Shown here piece after piece: positions 17,630 through 26,644 of a stretch of DNA of 64,000 nt (positions within the stretch are counted from its first letter, which is position 1; the number at the start of each line of letters is the position of its first letter). The stretch covers positions 21,067 through 85,066 of the forward strand of contig PLZG01000054.1 in assembly GCA_003152075.1 (NCBI GenBank), in the 5' to 3' direction. The notes below the pieces were generated by a model. The model made no database searches, was not told the DNA's origin, and was given only the letters and a program-made list of their open reading frames with translations. Origin of the DNA: a candidate division FCPU426 bacterium. GTDB taxonomy: Bacteria > Oederibacteriota > Muellerivitia > Muellerivitales > Muellerivitaceae. The position numbers and the translations under genes are program-made.

Positions 17630-18994
17630 ATGACCTTTAAAAAATTTTCCCAAAGTCTCGCCTTTTGCTCGCTACTTCTAGCGGCCCCTGCTGTCTTTGC
17701 CGCCACCGAATTAGTCCCCCCGAGCGCCCAACTGGCTTTTCCCCTTGAAAACCAGGGCGGCTCGGCACGGGCCAACGCCATGGGGTCGGCCTTCGTGGCC
17801 GTGGGTGGCGACGTGTCCGCGCTTTCGTGGAATCCGGCGGGCCTTGCCAGCCTCACTTCCGCCCAATTGGCCCTCCACCATAATTTTTACCTGCAGGATT
17901 TAACGCAGGACACGCTCCTTTTCGCGACTCCGCAGGGGGATTTTGGCAGTTGGGGCCTTTCGGCCAGTTACCTTGGTTACGGCAGCCTGCAGGGCCGGGA
18001 TTCCAACGGCGTGGTGACAGGCAGTTACAACGCGGGAAGATGGGGCGGTGAAATCGCCTGGGCTCATGTCCTATTCCAGGGTTTTGCTATTGGACTGGGG
18101 TTGAAGGGGAACCTGCTGGATTTATCGGGGGCGGATTACTCGAATATCGCGGGGGATGTGGGAGCCTTGTGGGACGTCACTTCCACCTTCCACGTAGGCG
18201 CTTCTTATGACAATTGGGGCACGGATATCAGCGGAAACATCGCCAATTCGGTCATCCGTTTTGGGGGAGCCTATGACTGGGCTGTTTCTTTCAACAACCA
18301 GGCCCTACTCGCCGGGAGCCTTTTCTTGGAGCCTTTCGGCGTCGCCCGATTGAACATAGGGGCGGAAGATGTGTTCAACTCTTTCCTGTCCCTGCGCGCG
18401 GGCTATGTGGCGGGCTTATCCTCAACACTTCTTCAGGGCTTGACCGGCTTGACGGCCGGGTTGGGTTTAAAGCTGCAGGATTTCAATTTGGATTACGCCT
18501 ACTCCCCCTTCGGCGACCTGGGAACTTCCCAAAGGGTGAGTCTCACTTACCATTTCGAGGGGGCGGCCCCCAAAACCACACCAGTTCCCGGTTCCTCCAC
18601 CAAAAGCACGCAGACAAAAGCCACACCGACTCCGGCCAAAGCCATCCCGGTCACCGTTTATGCCACCCCACCGCCCGGCCCCACGGCTACTCCCGCTCCC
18701 GCGGAGCCAAAGAAGGATGTGGAAAAATTGAGGCTTTTATTCAGTCTTCCGGAAAATCAAAATGATTCCGCTGGGACATCCGACCTGGATTGGGACCAGA
18801 AGGTCCAAGCCGACAAGGACGCCATCGATAAGGACGCGAAGAACCTTTCGGCCTGGTATGAATTGGCTATGCTTTATTACCAAAAGGGCAAAAAAGAAGA
18901 CGCCATCCAATGTTTTGAGCAGACCTTACGCTTGAAACCCGACAATGAAAAGTTGAGGAATTGGCTCAAAAAATATAAAGAACGGCAACAATAG
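17630..18994 (+). CDS. FadL/PorV-like outer-membrane beta-barrel with Pro/Thr linker and C-terminal TPR tail
   Basis: Start refined to MTFKKFSQSLAFCSLLLAAPAVFA, a signal peptide; the track ORF 17423.. runs through repeat A1. GGSARANAMGSAFVAVGGDVSALSWNPAGL hatch-like motif. Ends with a TPR-like WYELAMLYYQKGKKEDAIQCFEQTLRLKPDN. Confidence 0.65.
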   Translation: MTFKKFSQSLAFCSLLLAAPAVFAATELVPPSAQLAFPLENQGGSARANAMGSAFVAVGGDVSALSWNPAGLASLTSAQLALHHNFYLQDLTQDTLLFATPQGDFGSWGLSASYLGYGSLQGRDSNGVVTGSYNAGRWGGEIAWAHVLFQGFAIGLGLKGNLLDLSGADYSNIAGDVGALWDVTSTFHVGASYDNWGTDISGNIANSVIRFGGAYDWAVSFNNQALLAGSLFLEPFGVARLNIGAEDVFNSFLSLRAGYVAGLSSTLLQGLTGLTAGLGLKLQDFNLDYAYSPFGDLGTSQRVSLTYHFEGAAPKTTPVPGSSTKSTQTKATPTPAKAIPVTVYATPPPGPTATPAPAEPKKDVEKLRLLFSLPENQNDSAGTSDLDWDQKVQADKDAIDKDAKNLSAWYELAMLYYQKGKKEDAIQCFEQTLRLKPDNEKLRNWLKKYKERQQ

Positions 18995-19057
18995 TGCAAT
19001 TATTTCATAAAGTTTGGAATAACTGGGCGGTCCAAATCATTATTTAAGTGAGGGGCC

Positions 19058-19624
19058 TTGAGCGAAACGGAGCTGATCCAACAAGTTTTAGCGGGGGATG
19101 AGGGGGCGAAGACCCGTCTCTATGAGGAACACACCCATCGGTTGAAGCCGATTTGCGTACATTTCTTGGGCTACCAGGATTCGGACATCGATGACATCGT
19201 CCAACAAACTTTCCTGATCGCCTTCCAAAAGCTTCCTGAATTTGAACCTCGAAGCACCCTCTACACCTGGCTTGCCCATATTTGCGTGAACCTTTGTTAC
19301 GAAAGGATCCGTCGGCGGAAAAAATTCCTGGTGAGCCTTCAGGAGGATTTGGAACAAATGACGGCGTCCCTGGTGCACTCGCGGGAACATGACAAAGGCG
19401 TGAAGGACGAAGATGGCAGGAAAATGCAGCTTCTGGAGAAGTTGATCCAGACGATGAGCGAGAAATGCCGGAAAATCATCGAGCTCAGGGACAAGTCGGG
19501 CGAGAGTTACGCCGACATTGGTAAGGTAATGAAGATTCCCATTGGAACAGTGATGTCCCAATTGGCCCGGTGCCGGGAAACGTTGAAACAGATGGTGCAG
19601 AGCAGCCTGAAGGAAGGTTTGTAA
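19058..19624 (+). CDS. ECF-family RNA polymerase sigma factor (sigma-70 regions 2 and 4)
   Basis: TTG start. YQDSDIDDIVQQTFLIAFQKLPEF (region 2) and SYADIGKVMKIPIGTVMSQLARCRE (region 4). Its TAATG overlaps the next gene. Confidence 0.85.
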   Translation: MSETELIQQVLAGDEGAKTRLYEEHTHRLKPICVHFLGYQDSDIDDIVQQTFLIAFQKLPEFEPRSTLYTWLAHICVNLCYERIRRRKKFLVSLQEDLEQMTASLVHSREHDKGVKDEDGRKMQLLEKLIQTMSEKCRKIIELRDKSGESYADIGKVMKIPIGTVMSQLARCRETLKQMVQSSLKEGL

Positions 19625-20382
19625 TGGCCGATTTATTGTTGGAATTTTTTAAGCGGGACTTAACCGAGGCCGAGGAACAACAGCTGGCGAACCTGATCGC
19701 GGGAGCGCCCCAGCAATCCTTGCGTTTCGCGGAACTGGCCCATGCCGCTTACCTTCAAACGGGCCTGCCCGATACGGGTGGGGGTAACGGAGGCAATGGC
19801 TCGGGCGGTTTTGGCGGCGGAGGAATGACCCATCTGATCGGCCCCATTCTCCTGAAAAGCGTGGTGCTATTGACGCTCACGGGCCTCACTGCTTATGGAA
19901 TATTCCGCTTGCTTCATGCGGCCCCGATTCCTTCCGTTTCCTTGCCTCCCGCGGTCATTCAAAATATTGCTCCCGCAAAACCACAACCTGTTATTCCCAA
20001 GGTGATTTCCGTTACGAAGCCGGCAAAGCCCGCGCCCCAGGCGCCCCTCCAAACCCTTCCCTTGAAGGCCTTGGCCAAGCCGGGCATGGTTAATCCGGTG
20101 GCCTATGATTCCGCTAAGAAATACGAGGGCCTGGACATTATGGTGGAACAGAAAACCTCCGGTTTGTTGACCGTGCGGGCCCTGGACAGCGGCAAAAACG
20201 AGGTGCGGTTGCTCTTCGCCGGCATGTTGAAGCCCGGCAAATGGGATTTCGTATGGGATGGAAAGACGGAAAATGGGGAACCGGCCCAGCCTGGAACCTA
20301 CCGGGTGGAAGTGCAGTCGGGCAAGGAAGTTTTGACCAAGGCAGTTGTGATCCGCGGTGAAGCCGTCGCCAGCCAGAAGTAA
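19624..20382 (+). CDS. anti-sigma-factor-like single-pass membrane protein with periplasmic FlgD-Ig/CTD-like domain
   Basis: Start MADLLLEFFKRDLTEAEEQQL, conserved with 48563 paralog. One TM segment, a Pro/Ala-rich linker, then C-terminal LLTVRALDSGKNEVRLLFAGMLKPGKWDFVWDG...GTYRVEVQSGKEVLTKAVVIRGE. Confidence 0.7.
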   Translation: MADLLLEFFKRDLTEAEEQQLANLIAGAPQQSLRFAELAHAAYLQTGLPDTGGGNGGNGSGGFGGGGMTHLIGPILLKSVVLLTLTGLTAYGIFRLLHAAPIPSVSLPPAVIQNIAPAKPQPVIPKVISVTKPAKPAPQAPLQTLPLKALAKPGMVNPVAYDSAKKYEGLDIMVEQKTSGLLTVRALDSGKNEVRLLFAGMLKPGKWDFVWDGKTENGEPAQPGTYRVEVQSGKEVLTKAVVIRGEAVASQK

Positions 20383-20412
20383 ATTCTTCTAAAAATCCTT
20401 CAAAAAAGACAA

Positions 20413-20513
20413 TTTGAACCACCAAGAAACCCGAACGGAAAGAATTTTGATTTATCTGGAAAAGATTGTGATTTTTCTTTCCTTGGTGACCTTGGTGTCT
20501 TGGTGGTGAAATG
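20413..20513. repeat. family-B inverted-repeat element
   Basis: tgaaccaccaagaaacc ... ccttggtgaccttggtgtcttggtggtgaaa arms around an AT-rich spacer. Confidence 0.6.
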
Positions 20514-20765
20514 GGGTTTTCTTGGGGTAAAAATATAAAGGCCCGGGGATTTGCCCCCGGGCCGCTATATGGTGCTTCTTAGATAACGCGCTGAATAAAG
20601 GTCTTTATACCGCCGGGAGTCTCTAGCGCATCCCGCGCTCATGTTTTCCCCGCTGACTAATAATGTTTTTCGGCGAAGGTTTATTCCAAAAATAATTTAA
20701 TTTTCGGGGAAATTTTAGGGTGGTTTTGAGCTCAAAATAAGGCAAGAACCGTAAATCAAAATAAT

Positions 20766-20800
20766 CCTCTCCCCTTGCGGGAGGGAGTAGGGTGAGGGGT
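20766..20800. repeat. family-A repeat variant
   Basis: cctctccccttgcgggagggagtagggtgaggggt. Confidence 0.6.
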
Positions 20801-20817
20801 AATTTGACCTTTCGGAG

Positions 20818-20837
20818 GGGCAAGGCATGCCTTGCCC
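20818..20837. promoter_or_regulatory. perfect 20-bp palindrome GGGCAAGGCATGCCTTGCCC upstream of 20866
   Basis: Self-complementary, about 28 nt before the ATG at 20866. Either an operator site or an RNA hairpin. Confidence 0.4.
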
Positions 20838-20865
20838 TTACAACCGCAGAGAGTAGAATCTAATT

Positions 20866-21369
20866 ATGCCCGAAACCATCCCCAAAACCTGCCCCCGATG
20901 CGACCAGCCCCTGACGGGTACGGAAAGAGTCTGCCCTTCCTGCCGGAAGCCGCTGGTTAAGACGGAGGGGTTAGCCTCTGTCGGGGCCAAGGGGCCTGTC
21001 TGCCCCATCTGCAAGATTCCCGTTTATCCCGCCACCCTGGACAGCCATGAGGTTATTCACTGCGCCGAATGTGAGGGGTTGGGAGTCAGCCGGGAAGTCA
21101 TGATGAAGCTACAGCCCCAGGGGAAGAAAGAAGTGCAGATCGGCCCCGAAGAGCGGGAACATAAGACTCCCGCTTTCTTTGAGCCCCGCAAGAAGCCGTC
21201 CTTTCTCATTTGCCCCTTTTGCGGAAAGCGGATGGAACCCGTGAAGCTGGGGAAGACGGAATTGGACGTTTGTGAAAAGTGCGCTGGCCTTTGGCTGGAA
21301 GGCCCCAAGTTAGAAATGTTTCAGGATATTATCGGGCCCTATAAGTGGAAGGTGATTAAGCAGAAGTAA
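20866..21369 (+). CDS. tandem zinc-ribbon protein (2x zf-TFIIB-like Cx2C-x17-Cx2C...GxWxDxxEL)
   Basis: CPICKIP..CAECEGLGVSREV and CPFCGKRM..CEKCAGLWLEGPKLE. Paralogous to the C-terminal tail of the M48 peptidase at 41614. Confidence 0.6.
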   Translation: MPETIPKTCPRCDQPLTGTERVCPSCRKPLVKTEGLASVGAKGPVCPICKIPVYPATLDSHEVIHCAECEGLGVSREVMMKLQPQGKKEVQIGPEEREHKTPAFFEPRKKPSFLICPFCGKRMEPVKLGKTELDVCEKCAGLWLEGPKLEMFQDIIGPYKWKVIKQK

Positions 21370-21527
21370 GGTTGTAATCTCTGAAAAATATTTTTGTAGG
21401 GGCGCGATTTATCGCGCCCGAGACGGAAACAATTGAAAACAAAGGCCGGGCGGGATGAATCCCGCCCCTACAACGGCAAAAACAGCGCCGATAGATGAGC
21501 TTTTCAGTGGTTACAGGTTTACTCCCC

Positions 21528-22679
21528 TCAATAACGAACCGAAAGCCCCAGTCCCGCGTCCCCTCCGGTGTAATCGATCGTGGCCCAGCGCAGGCCATTG
21601 GTTCCGATATAGGTGGTGGAGGCCGTTCCAATGTAATTGTTCTTATCCATGGCCAGACCCTCCTGTTGGATGTTACCGTTGGTATCCACGAATTGGCCCT
21701 GGATATTGGTGGTCGAGGCGACACGCCCTTCCGCGAACAGGCTCAGCATGAAGTCCCGGGTCAAGTAAATCTCAAAGCTCAGGTTCAGGCTGCCCCCAAA
21801 CCCAAACCCGGTCATGGGGCCTGTTATGACAACGTTGTTGTTGACGGCCTGCTCGACTTGCAGGTTGGTGACATAAAGCCCTGGGCCGGCCCCCACCCTC
21901 AAACGGTTTGGCCCGAAGGCGAAGAAGCGGGAGTATTTGACTTCCACGGCGCCCATGACGGGAGAAAAAGAATCGAGGCCGCTGTAGAAGCCTTGGGAGT
22001 ATTGATCTTTATAACCGTCAAATAACCCAATGTCGGCCGATAAGCTGATGGCGTTGTGGCTGTCAAAGGAATAGCCAGCCTCCACGCCCAACAGAACCCC
22101 CAGGTTGCCGTTGGTGGCGGTGCCTAAGTTAACGGCTTGGTTTTTTTTGACCGTATCCGCCCCGGTTTGAAGATCCCCTAGTGTGGCAAAAACGGGGGCC
22201 AAGTGAAAATTAACCCATTTTCCCTCCCCGAAGACGGTGATGGTTTCCTTGGCGGTTTTCACCGTGGGCGAGGAGGTGTTTTCGGAGCCAGGCGGAGGGG
22301 CGGTGGCCGAGGTTACGGGGGGCGGCATGGCAAGGGACGCGCGGATTTGGTCGGCGAAGTTTTTGAGGGGAAGGTTGTCGGGGTGGAGTAGGAGGCTTTG
22401 GTCAAAGGCCGCCAGCGCGGTTTGGCGGTCGTTGGTTTTGTAATAGGCGTAGCCCAAAATCTGGTAGGCCTGCCAATTGGAAGGGTCCACTTGCGTGGCG
22501 GCCTTGAGGTATTGGACGGCCCGGTTGTAATCTCCCGTTTGATAAAGGGATAGGCCGGCTCGGTAGTATTCCGCTGAGGTGGCGGCGAAAGAAGGGGCGG
22601 TGAGCCCACAAGCGAATAAAAGAGCAAGGAAGACCCAAAGCGAAGAAATACGAAGTTTCATATTAAGAACTTCTAACAA
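21528..22679 (-). CDS. outer-membrane beta-barrel protein with N-terminal TPR module
   Basis: Signal peptide, TPR-like YYRAGLSLYQTGDYNRAVQYL..., Pro/Thr linker, then alternating-hydrophobic beta-strands ending ..LGLSVRY. Confidence 0.5.
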   Translation of the reverse strand: MLEVLNMKLRISSLWVFLALLFACGLTAPSFAATSAEYYRAGLSLYQTGDYNRAVQYLKAATQVDPSNWQAYQILGYAYYKTNDRQTALAAFDQSLLLHPDNLPLKNFADQIRASLAMPPPVTSATAPPPGSENTSSPTVKTAKETITVFGEGKWVNFHLAPVFATLGDLQTGADTVKKNQAVNLGTATNGNLGVLLGVEAGYSFDSHNAISLSADIGLFDGYKDQYSQGFYSGLDSFSPVMGAVEVKYSRFFAFGPNRLRVGAGPGLYVTNLQVEQAVNNNVVITGPMTGFGFGGSLNLSFEIYLTRDFMLSLFAEGRVASTTNIQGQFVDTNGNIQQEGLAMDKNNYIGTASTTYIGTNGLRWATIDYTGGDAGLGLSVRY

Positions 22680-22971
22680 AATTCAAAGGCATTGAAACAG
22701 GGATGGACGCGGATAAACGCAGATTCAGAAGAAATAAGGTGTTTGAAGCTTTTTTATCAGCGTTCATCAGCGTTTATCACTGTTCCAAAGATTTTGTTAG
22801 AGCCTCTAAGAATCTTTTAATAGGTTCTGGATTTCGTTGGAGGGATTCTAACAAACCTTAAATGGGGACGCTATAACTAGGGCAATCCGGTTACGGAAAC
22901 GTAACTCCTTGCCTCTTTCCCCCGGAAGCCGTAATGATAGGGATGAATAAGGACAGTTAAGGAGAGTTCCC

Positions 22972-24006
22972 ATGAAAGCCAAATCAGCCGAAAGCACTAG
23001 TGTTGTGAAGCGGGTAATGAACCTGGGGTTCCCCTGGGAAACGGCCGATCCCTTTCTCTTTTGCGTCCACCATGATGACGCCTACCCAGCGGGCAACGAC
23101 CAACTGGGGCCCCAGGCTTCCCTCACGGACCGCAAAATGGGCAACGATTTCGCGGGCAAGGATGGCTGGCGAATGTACCACGGGGAAGTGGTCCCGGGTT
23201 TTCCCCAGCACCCGCACCGGGGCTTTGAGACCGTGACCATCGCTCGCCAGGGCTATATTGACCATTCGGATTCCCTGGGCGCCACCGCCCGGTTCGGCCA
23301 AGGCGACGCCCAATGGCTTACCGCCGGCAAGGGCATCAACCATTCGGAAATGTTCCCGTTGCTGGACCCCAAGAAACCCAACCCGCTCGAGCTTTTCCAA
23401 ATCTGGCTGAACCTGCCCAAGGCGGGGAAGATGGTCGCGCCTTATTTTTCAATGCAATGGGCGAATAAAATTCCGAAGGTGACTGCCACCGACGAGGCGG
23501 GAAGAAAGACGGAAGTGACTCTCATTGCAGGGCAATTGGGGGATGTGAAGGCCCTGGCCCCACCGCCAGATTCCTGGGCTTCCCGGCCTGAAAGCGACCT
23601 GGCCATTTGGACTTTGAAGATGGCTCCGAAGGCCCAATGGACTTTACCCAAGGCGAAGAAGGGAACGAACCGCACCCTTTATTTGTTCCGGGGGAACTCC
23701 ATCACCATCGGGGGCGAGGTGGTGAAAATTCGCCAAGGGGTCGAGTTGGAGCCCGATCAGGATGTGTTATTGGAGAACGGTGACCAGGAAGGCCAATTGC
23801 TTCTTCTGCAGGGCCGCCCCATCGGGGAGCCGGTGGCCCAGTACGGGCCTTTCGTCATGAACACCCCGGGGGAGATCGAACAGGCTTTCGAGGATTATCG
23901 CCGGACCCAATTCGGGGGTTGGCCCTGGAAGGCCGATGACCCGGTTCATCCCCGCGGGGAGACCCGCTTTGCCAAGCACGCCGACGGACGCGTCGAACGG
24001 CCTTGA
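22972..24006 (+). CDS. pirin-family cupin protein
   Basis: HPHRGFETVTI motif and bicupin length (344 aa). Confidence 0.85.
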   Translation: MKAKSAESTSVVKRVMNLGFPWETADPFLFCVHHDDAYPAGNDQLGPQASLTDRKMGNDFAGKDGWRMYHGEVVPGFPQHPHRGFETVTIARQGYIDHSDSLGATARFGQGDAQWLTAGKGINHSEMFPLLDPKKPNPLELFQIWLNLPKAGKMVAPYFSMQWANKIPKVTATDEAGRKTEVTLIAGQLGDVKALAPPPDSWASRPESDLAIWTLKMAPKAQWTLPKAKKGTNRTLYLFRGNSITIGGEVVKIRQGVELEPDQDVLLENGDQEGQLLLLQGRPIGEPVAQYGPFVMNTPGEIEQAFEDYRRTQFGGWPWKADDPVHPRGETRFAKHADGRVERP

Positions 24007-24409
24007 TCAAGTTGTCCAAGTGTCTGTAACTTTACTCCAACCCGCCGGGTAAAATGGATCAAGCCGAAAAGTCGGTAGTGCTCAGTTAAGTTTTGGATTT
24101 GGACTGTCATTGCGAGGAATGCACGCCGAATAGGCGGGCGGTCATGACGAAGCAACCCCAGTTTAAATATGCCGTTGAGGTGGATCCGGAACCAAGACTA
24201 GAACCACCTATGAACTTGAAGCCTGGTTGTAGTTGGCCTTCGGCCAACCACGGTCATCCGAAGTAAGGATGACCGCTTCAAGCCACCTCAAAATTCGAGG
24301 TTCGCAATGACATCTAAAAACGGCTAAACAATTAAAAAATTGGAAATGAAAACGGCGCTGGAAGTTAAGATTCCAGCGCCGCTCGTGCGAAGTCAGCTGC
24401 TTCGAAAAT

Positions 24410-24832
24410 CTATCTGTCGTTTTCCTTGTTGTCCCTATTATCCTTAGCTTTTCCGTTGTTCTCGTCCCCGTTGTCCCTTTGTTTCTTTTCCCGATTATCC
24501 ATCTTGGGCCCAGGGTGGTATTTCGTCATGAACTTTTCGTGGTTCGCGTAGGGCTTATCCGAATCTTCGTCCACAGTTTCATAGGGGGAATCGCCGGAGT
24601 ACATCGCGGGGAGCTGTTCGGACTGTTGCCAGCCGCCGTTTTCTGGGTAGAAATAAACCTTTCGCTCGTAATCGTAATAGACTTGGGTCTTGGGATAGTA
24701 CCAGTAGTGATACCTGACCGTCGTATCGTCATCAGAGGTGGTGATGATCCACGATCCCCTACGGAGCATGCAGGAAGACAGCAGGAAAGTAAAAGAAAAC
24801 GCTACCACCGCGAAAAGTAGAATTCGTTTCAT
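24410..24832 (-). CDS. hypothetical lipoprotein (Tyr-rich, charged C-terminus)
   Basis: Signal peptide with LSSC lipobox; no recognisable domain. Confidence 0.4.
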   Translation of the reverse strand: MKRILLFAVVAFSFTFLLSSCMLRRGSWIITTSDDDTTVRYHYWYYPKTQVYYDYERKVYFYPENGGWQQSEQLPAMYSGDSPYETVDEDSDKPYANHEKFMTKYHPGPKMDNREKKQRDNGDENNGKAKDNRDNKENDR

Positions 24833-25033
24833 GTTTGGTTCCTTTCAAATTAAAAAGTACGATTGGTTTTGCGTACAAAAAAGATGATAGACGCGGGTTT
24901 TTTTTGATTCAATGGCAAGGGCGACGTTAAGGAAGATTTATTTTTTTATCAAAATGATAGTTGGAACTATGTGTTTCCTTTAGTCTTGATGATATAAACA
25001 GTAAAGCTAAAATTAAAAAAATGGAGGCGCACT

Positions 25034-25771
25034 ATGGCGAAGATCAAGACTGTCAAAGGCGTGAAGGATCATAAAGTCGTGAGGTCCGAGGCGTGGTTGA
25101 AGGCCCGCAAGGCACTGCTTTTGAAAGAGAAAAAATTCACGAAGTTGCGCGACCAGTTGAACCAGCAAAGGCAGAACCTGCCCTGGGAAAAGGTGGAAAA
25201 GGACTATGGCTTTGACGGGTCCCAAGGCCGGGAAAGCCTGGCTGACCTGTTCGGGAACAAGAGCCAGCTCATCATTTGGCATTTTATGTTCGGGCCGGAC
25301 TGGAAAGAGGGCTGTTCCCATTGCTCCTTCTGGGCGGACAGTTTCAATGGCAACATCGTCCACATGGCGGCCCGGGATACCACCATGTTGGCCGTCTCCC
25401 GCGCCCCCTTGAAAAAGATCGAGCCTTTCCAAAAGCGCATGGGTTTGGACTTCAAGTGGGTCTCGTCCTTCAACACCGATTTCAACTACGACTACCAGGC
25501 TTCCTTCAGCCCGATGGACTTCAAACGGGGCAAAGCGGTCTATAACTACAAGGTCATCGAGCCTTTTTCCGACGAACTGCATGGGGTCAGCGTCTTTTAC
25601 AAGGATCCTCAGGGGGATATTTACCACACCTATTCCACCTACGGCCGGGGCGTGGACATGCTCAACAACGCCTACCAATATATCGACCTCACCGCGAAAG
25701 GCCGTGACGAGGACTTGTCGACCGACCATCCCTCGGGCTGGGTCCGCCACCACGACAAATACGCCAGGTGA
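25034..25771 (+). CDS. DUF899 thioredoxin-like family protein
   Basis: LIIWHFMFGPDWKEGCSHCSFWADSFNG..ARDTTMLAVSRAPLKKIEPFQKRMG matches the conserved DUF899 core. Confidence 0.8.
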   Translation: MAKIKTVKGVKDHKVVRSEAWLKARKALLLKEKKFTKLRDQLNQQRQNLPWEKVEKDYGFDGSQGRESLADLFGNKSQLIIWHFMFGPDWKEGCSHCSFWADSFNGNIVHMAARDTTMLAVSRAPLKKIEPFQKRMGLDFKWVSSFNTDFNYDYQASFSPMDFKRGKAVYNYKVIEPFSDELHGVSVFYKDPQGDIYHTYSTYGRGVDMLNNAYQYIDLTAKGRDEDLSTDHPSGWVRHHDKYAR

Positions 25772-26628
25772 TACGGCGTCTCAGCTGTTGCCCGCCGCCC
25801 GGCGGATCCTTCGGATCGTTGAGATTCCACCTCGTTACCGGCCTGGTGGTGGCCGTCAGCCTGGCCGCCACCTTTCATTATTGCCTCTCCATGGCCGGGG
25901 GAATGGACATGCCCGGGGATTGGCGGATGTCCATGATGTGGATGCCCATGCCGGGTCAAAGTCGCCTGGACTCGGCACTGATGTTCCTTTCTATTTGGAT
26001 TGCCATGATGGTGGCCATGATGCTTCCCTCGTTGGCCGCCAAACTTCTACTCTTCTATCGCTCCCTCGTCTGGAAAAGGGCTCACCACCCGGGCCCATCC
26101 ACGGCAATGGTGGCAGGAGGCTATTTCATGGTTTGGACCGCCGTCGGCGCGGGGGTATATGCCTTGGGGTTTCCCTGGGCAATGGCGACCATGACCTGGC
26201 CGGGCTTAAGCCGGATGGTTCCTTTCCTCACCGGACTCGCGCTGGTCCTGGCGGGTGCCTACCAATTCGGGAAATGGAAAAGGGAAAAGTTGGGCCGTTG
26301 CCGCAACCTGCTGGTCTATGGCATGGCTCCCAAACACCCGCAGAAGTTCAATAAGAAGGGGGAATTACTCCCTGAAATCATCGAGGACGCGGGCTTGTGG
26401 GCCTCCTTAGTGGTGGGGCTCCAGCAGGGTTTGTCCTGTGTCGTTTGCTGCGCGGGTTCCATGGTGGTGCTGGTGGCCCTGGGGGCGATGAACCTGTACG
26501 TCATGCTGGCGGTGGCGATGGTGATCGCCTTGGAAAAGCTTTTGCCCAACCCAAAACCCGTGCTTTACATGACCGGTTCCTTCGCGATTGGCCTTGGGAC
26601 AGTCATGGTGATCAGGTCGTTATTTTAG
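25768..26628 (+). CDS. DUF2182-like integral membrane protein (Met-rich, putative metal-binding)
   Basis: MSMMWMPMPGQ... followed by 6 TM helices; GTGA overlap with the DUF899 gene. Confidence 0.45.
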   Translation: MIRRLSCCPPPGGSFGSLRFHLVTGLVVAVSLAATFHYCLSMAGGMDMPGDWRMSMMWMPMPGQSRLDSALMFLSIWIAMMVAMMLPSLAAKLLLFYRSLVWKRAHHPGPSTAMVAGGYFMVWTAVGAGVYALGFPWAMATMTWPGLSRMVPFLTGLALVLAGAYQFGKWKREKLGRCRNLLVYGMAPKHPQKFNKKGELLPEIIEDAGLWASLVVGLQQGLSCVVCCAGSMVVLVALGAMNLYVMLAVAMVIALEKLLPNPKPVLYMTGSFAIGLGTVMVIRSLF

Positions 26629-26644
26629 TTGGGGGGAGCCCCTA

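Noticed and set aside
14323-24160. Two short GTCATT[CG][TC]GAGG ... CGAAG[AC]A[TA]C motifs, at ~14323 and ~24108
   Set aside because: There are only two degenerate copies with no consistent hairpin, which is too weak to call a repeat family. I noted them in case a genome-wide scan shows more.
25013-25753. 246-aa minus-strand ORF opposite the DUF899 gene
   Set aside because: The DUF899 frame has a strong conserved-motif match; the antisense frame has no motif and a skewed composition.
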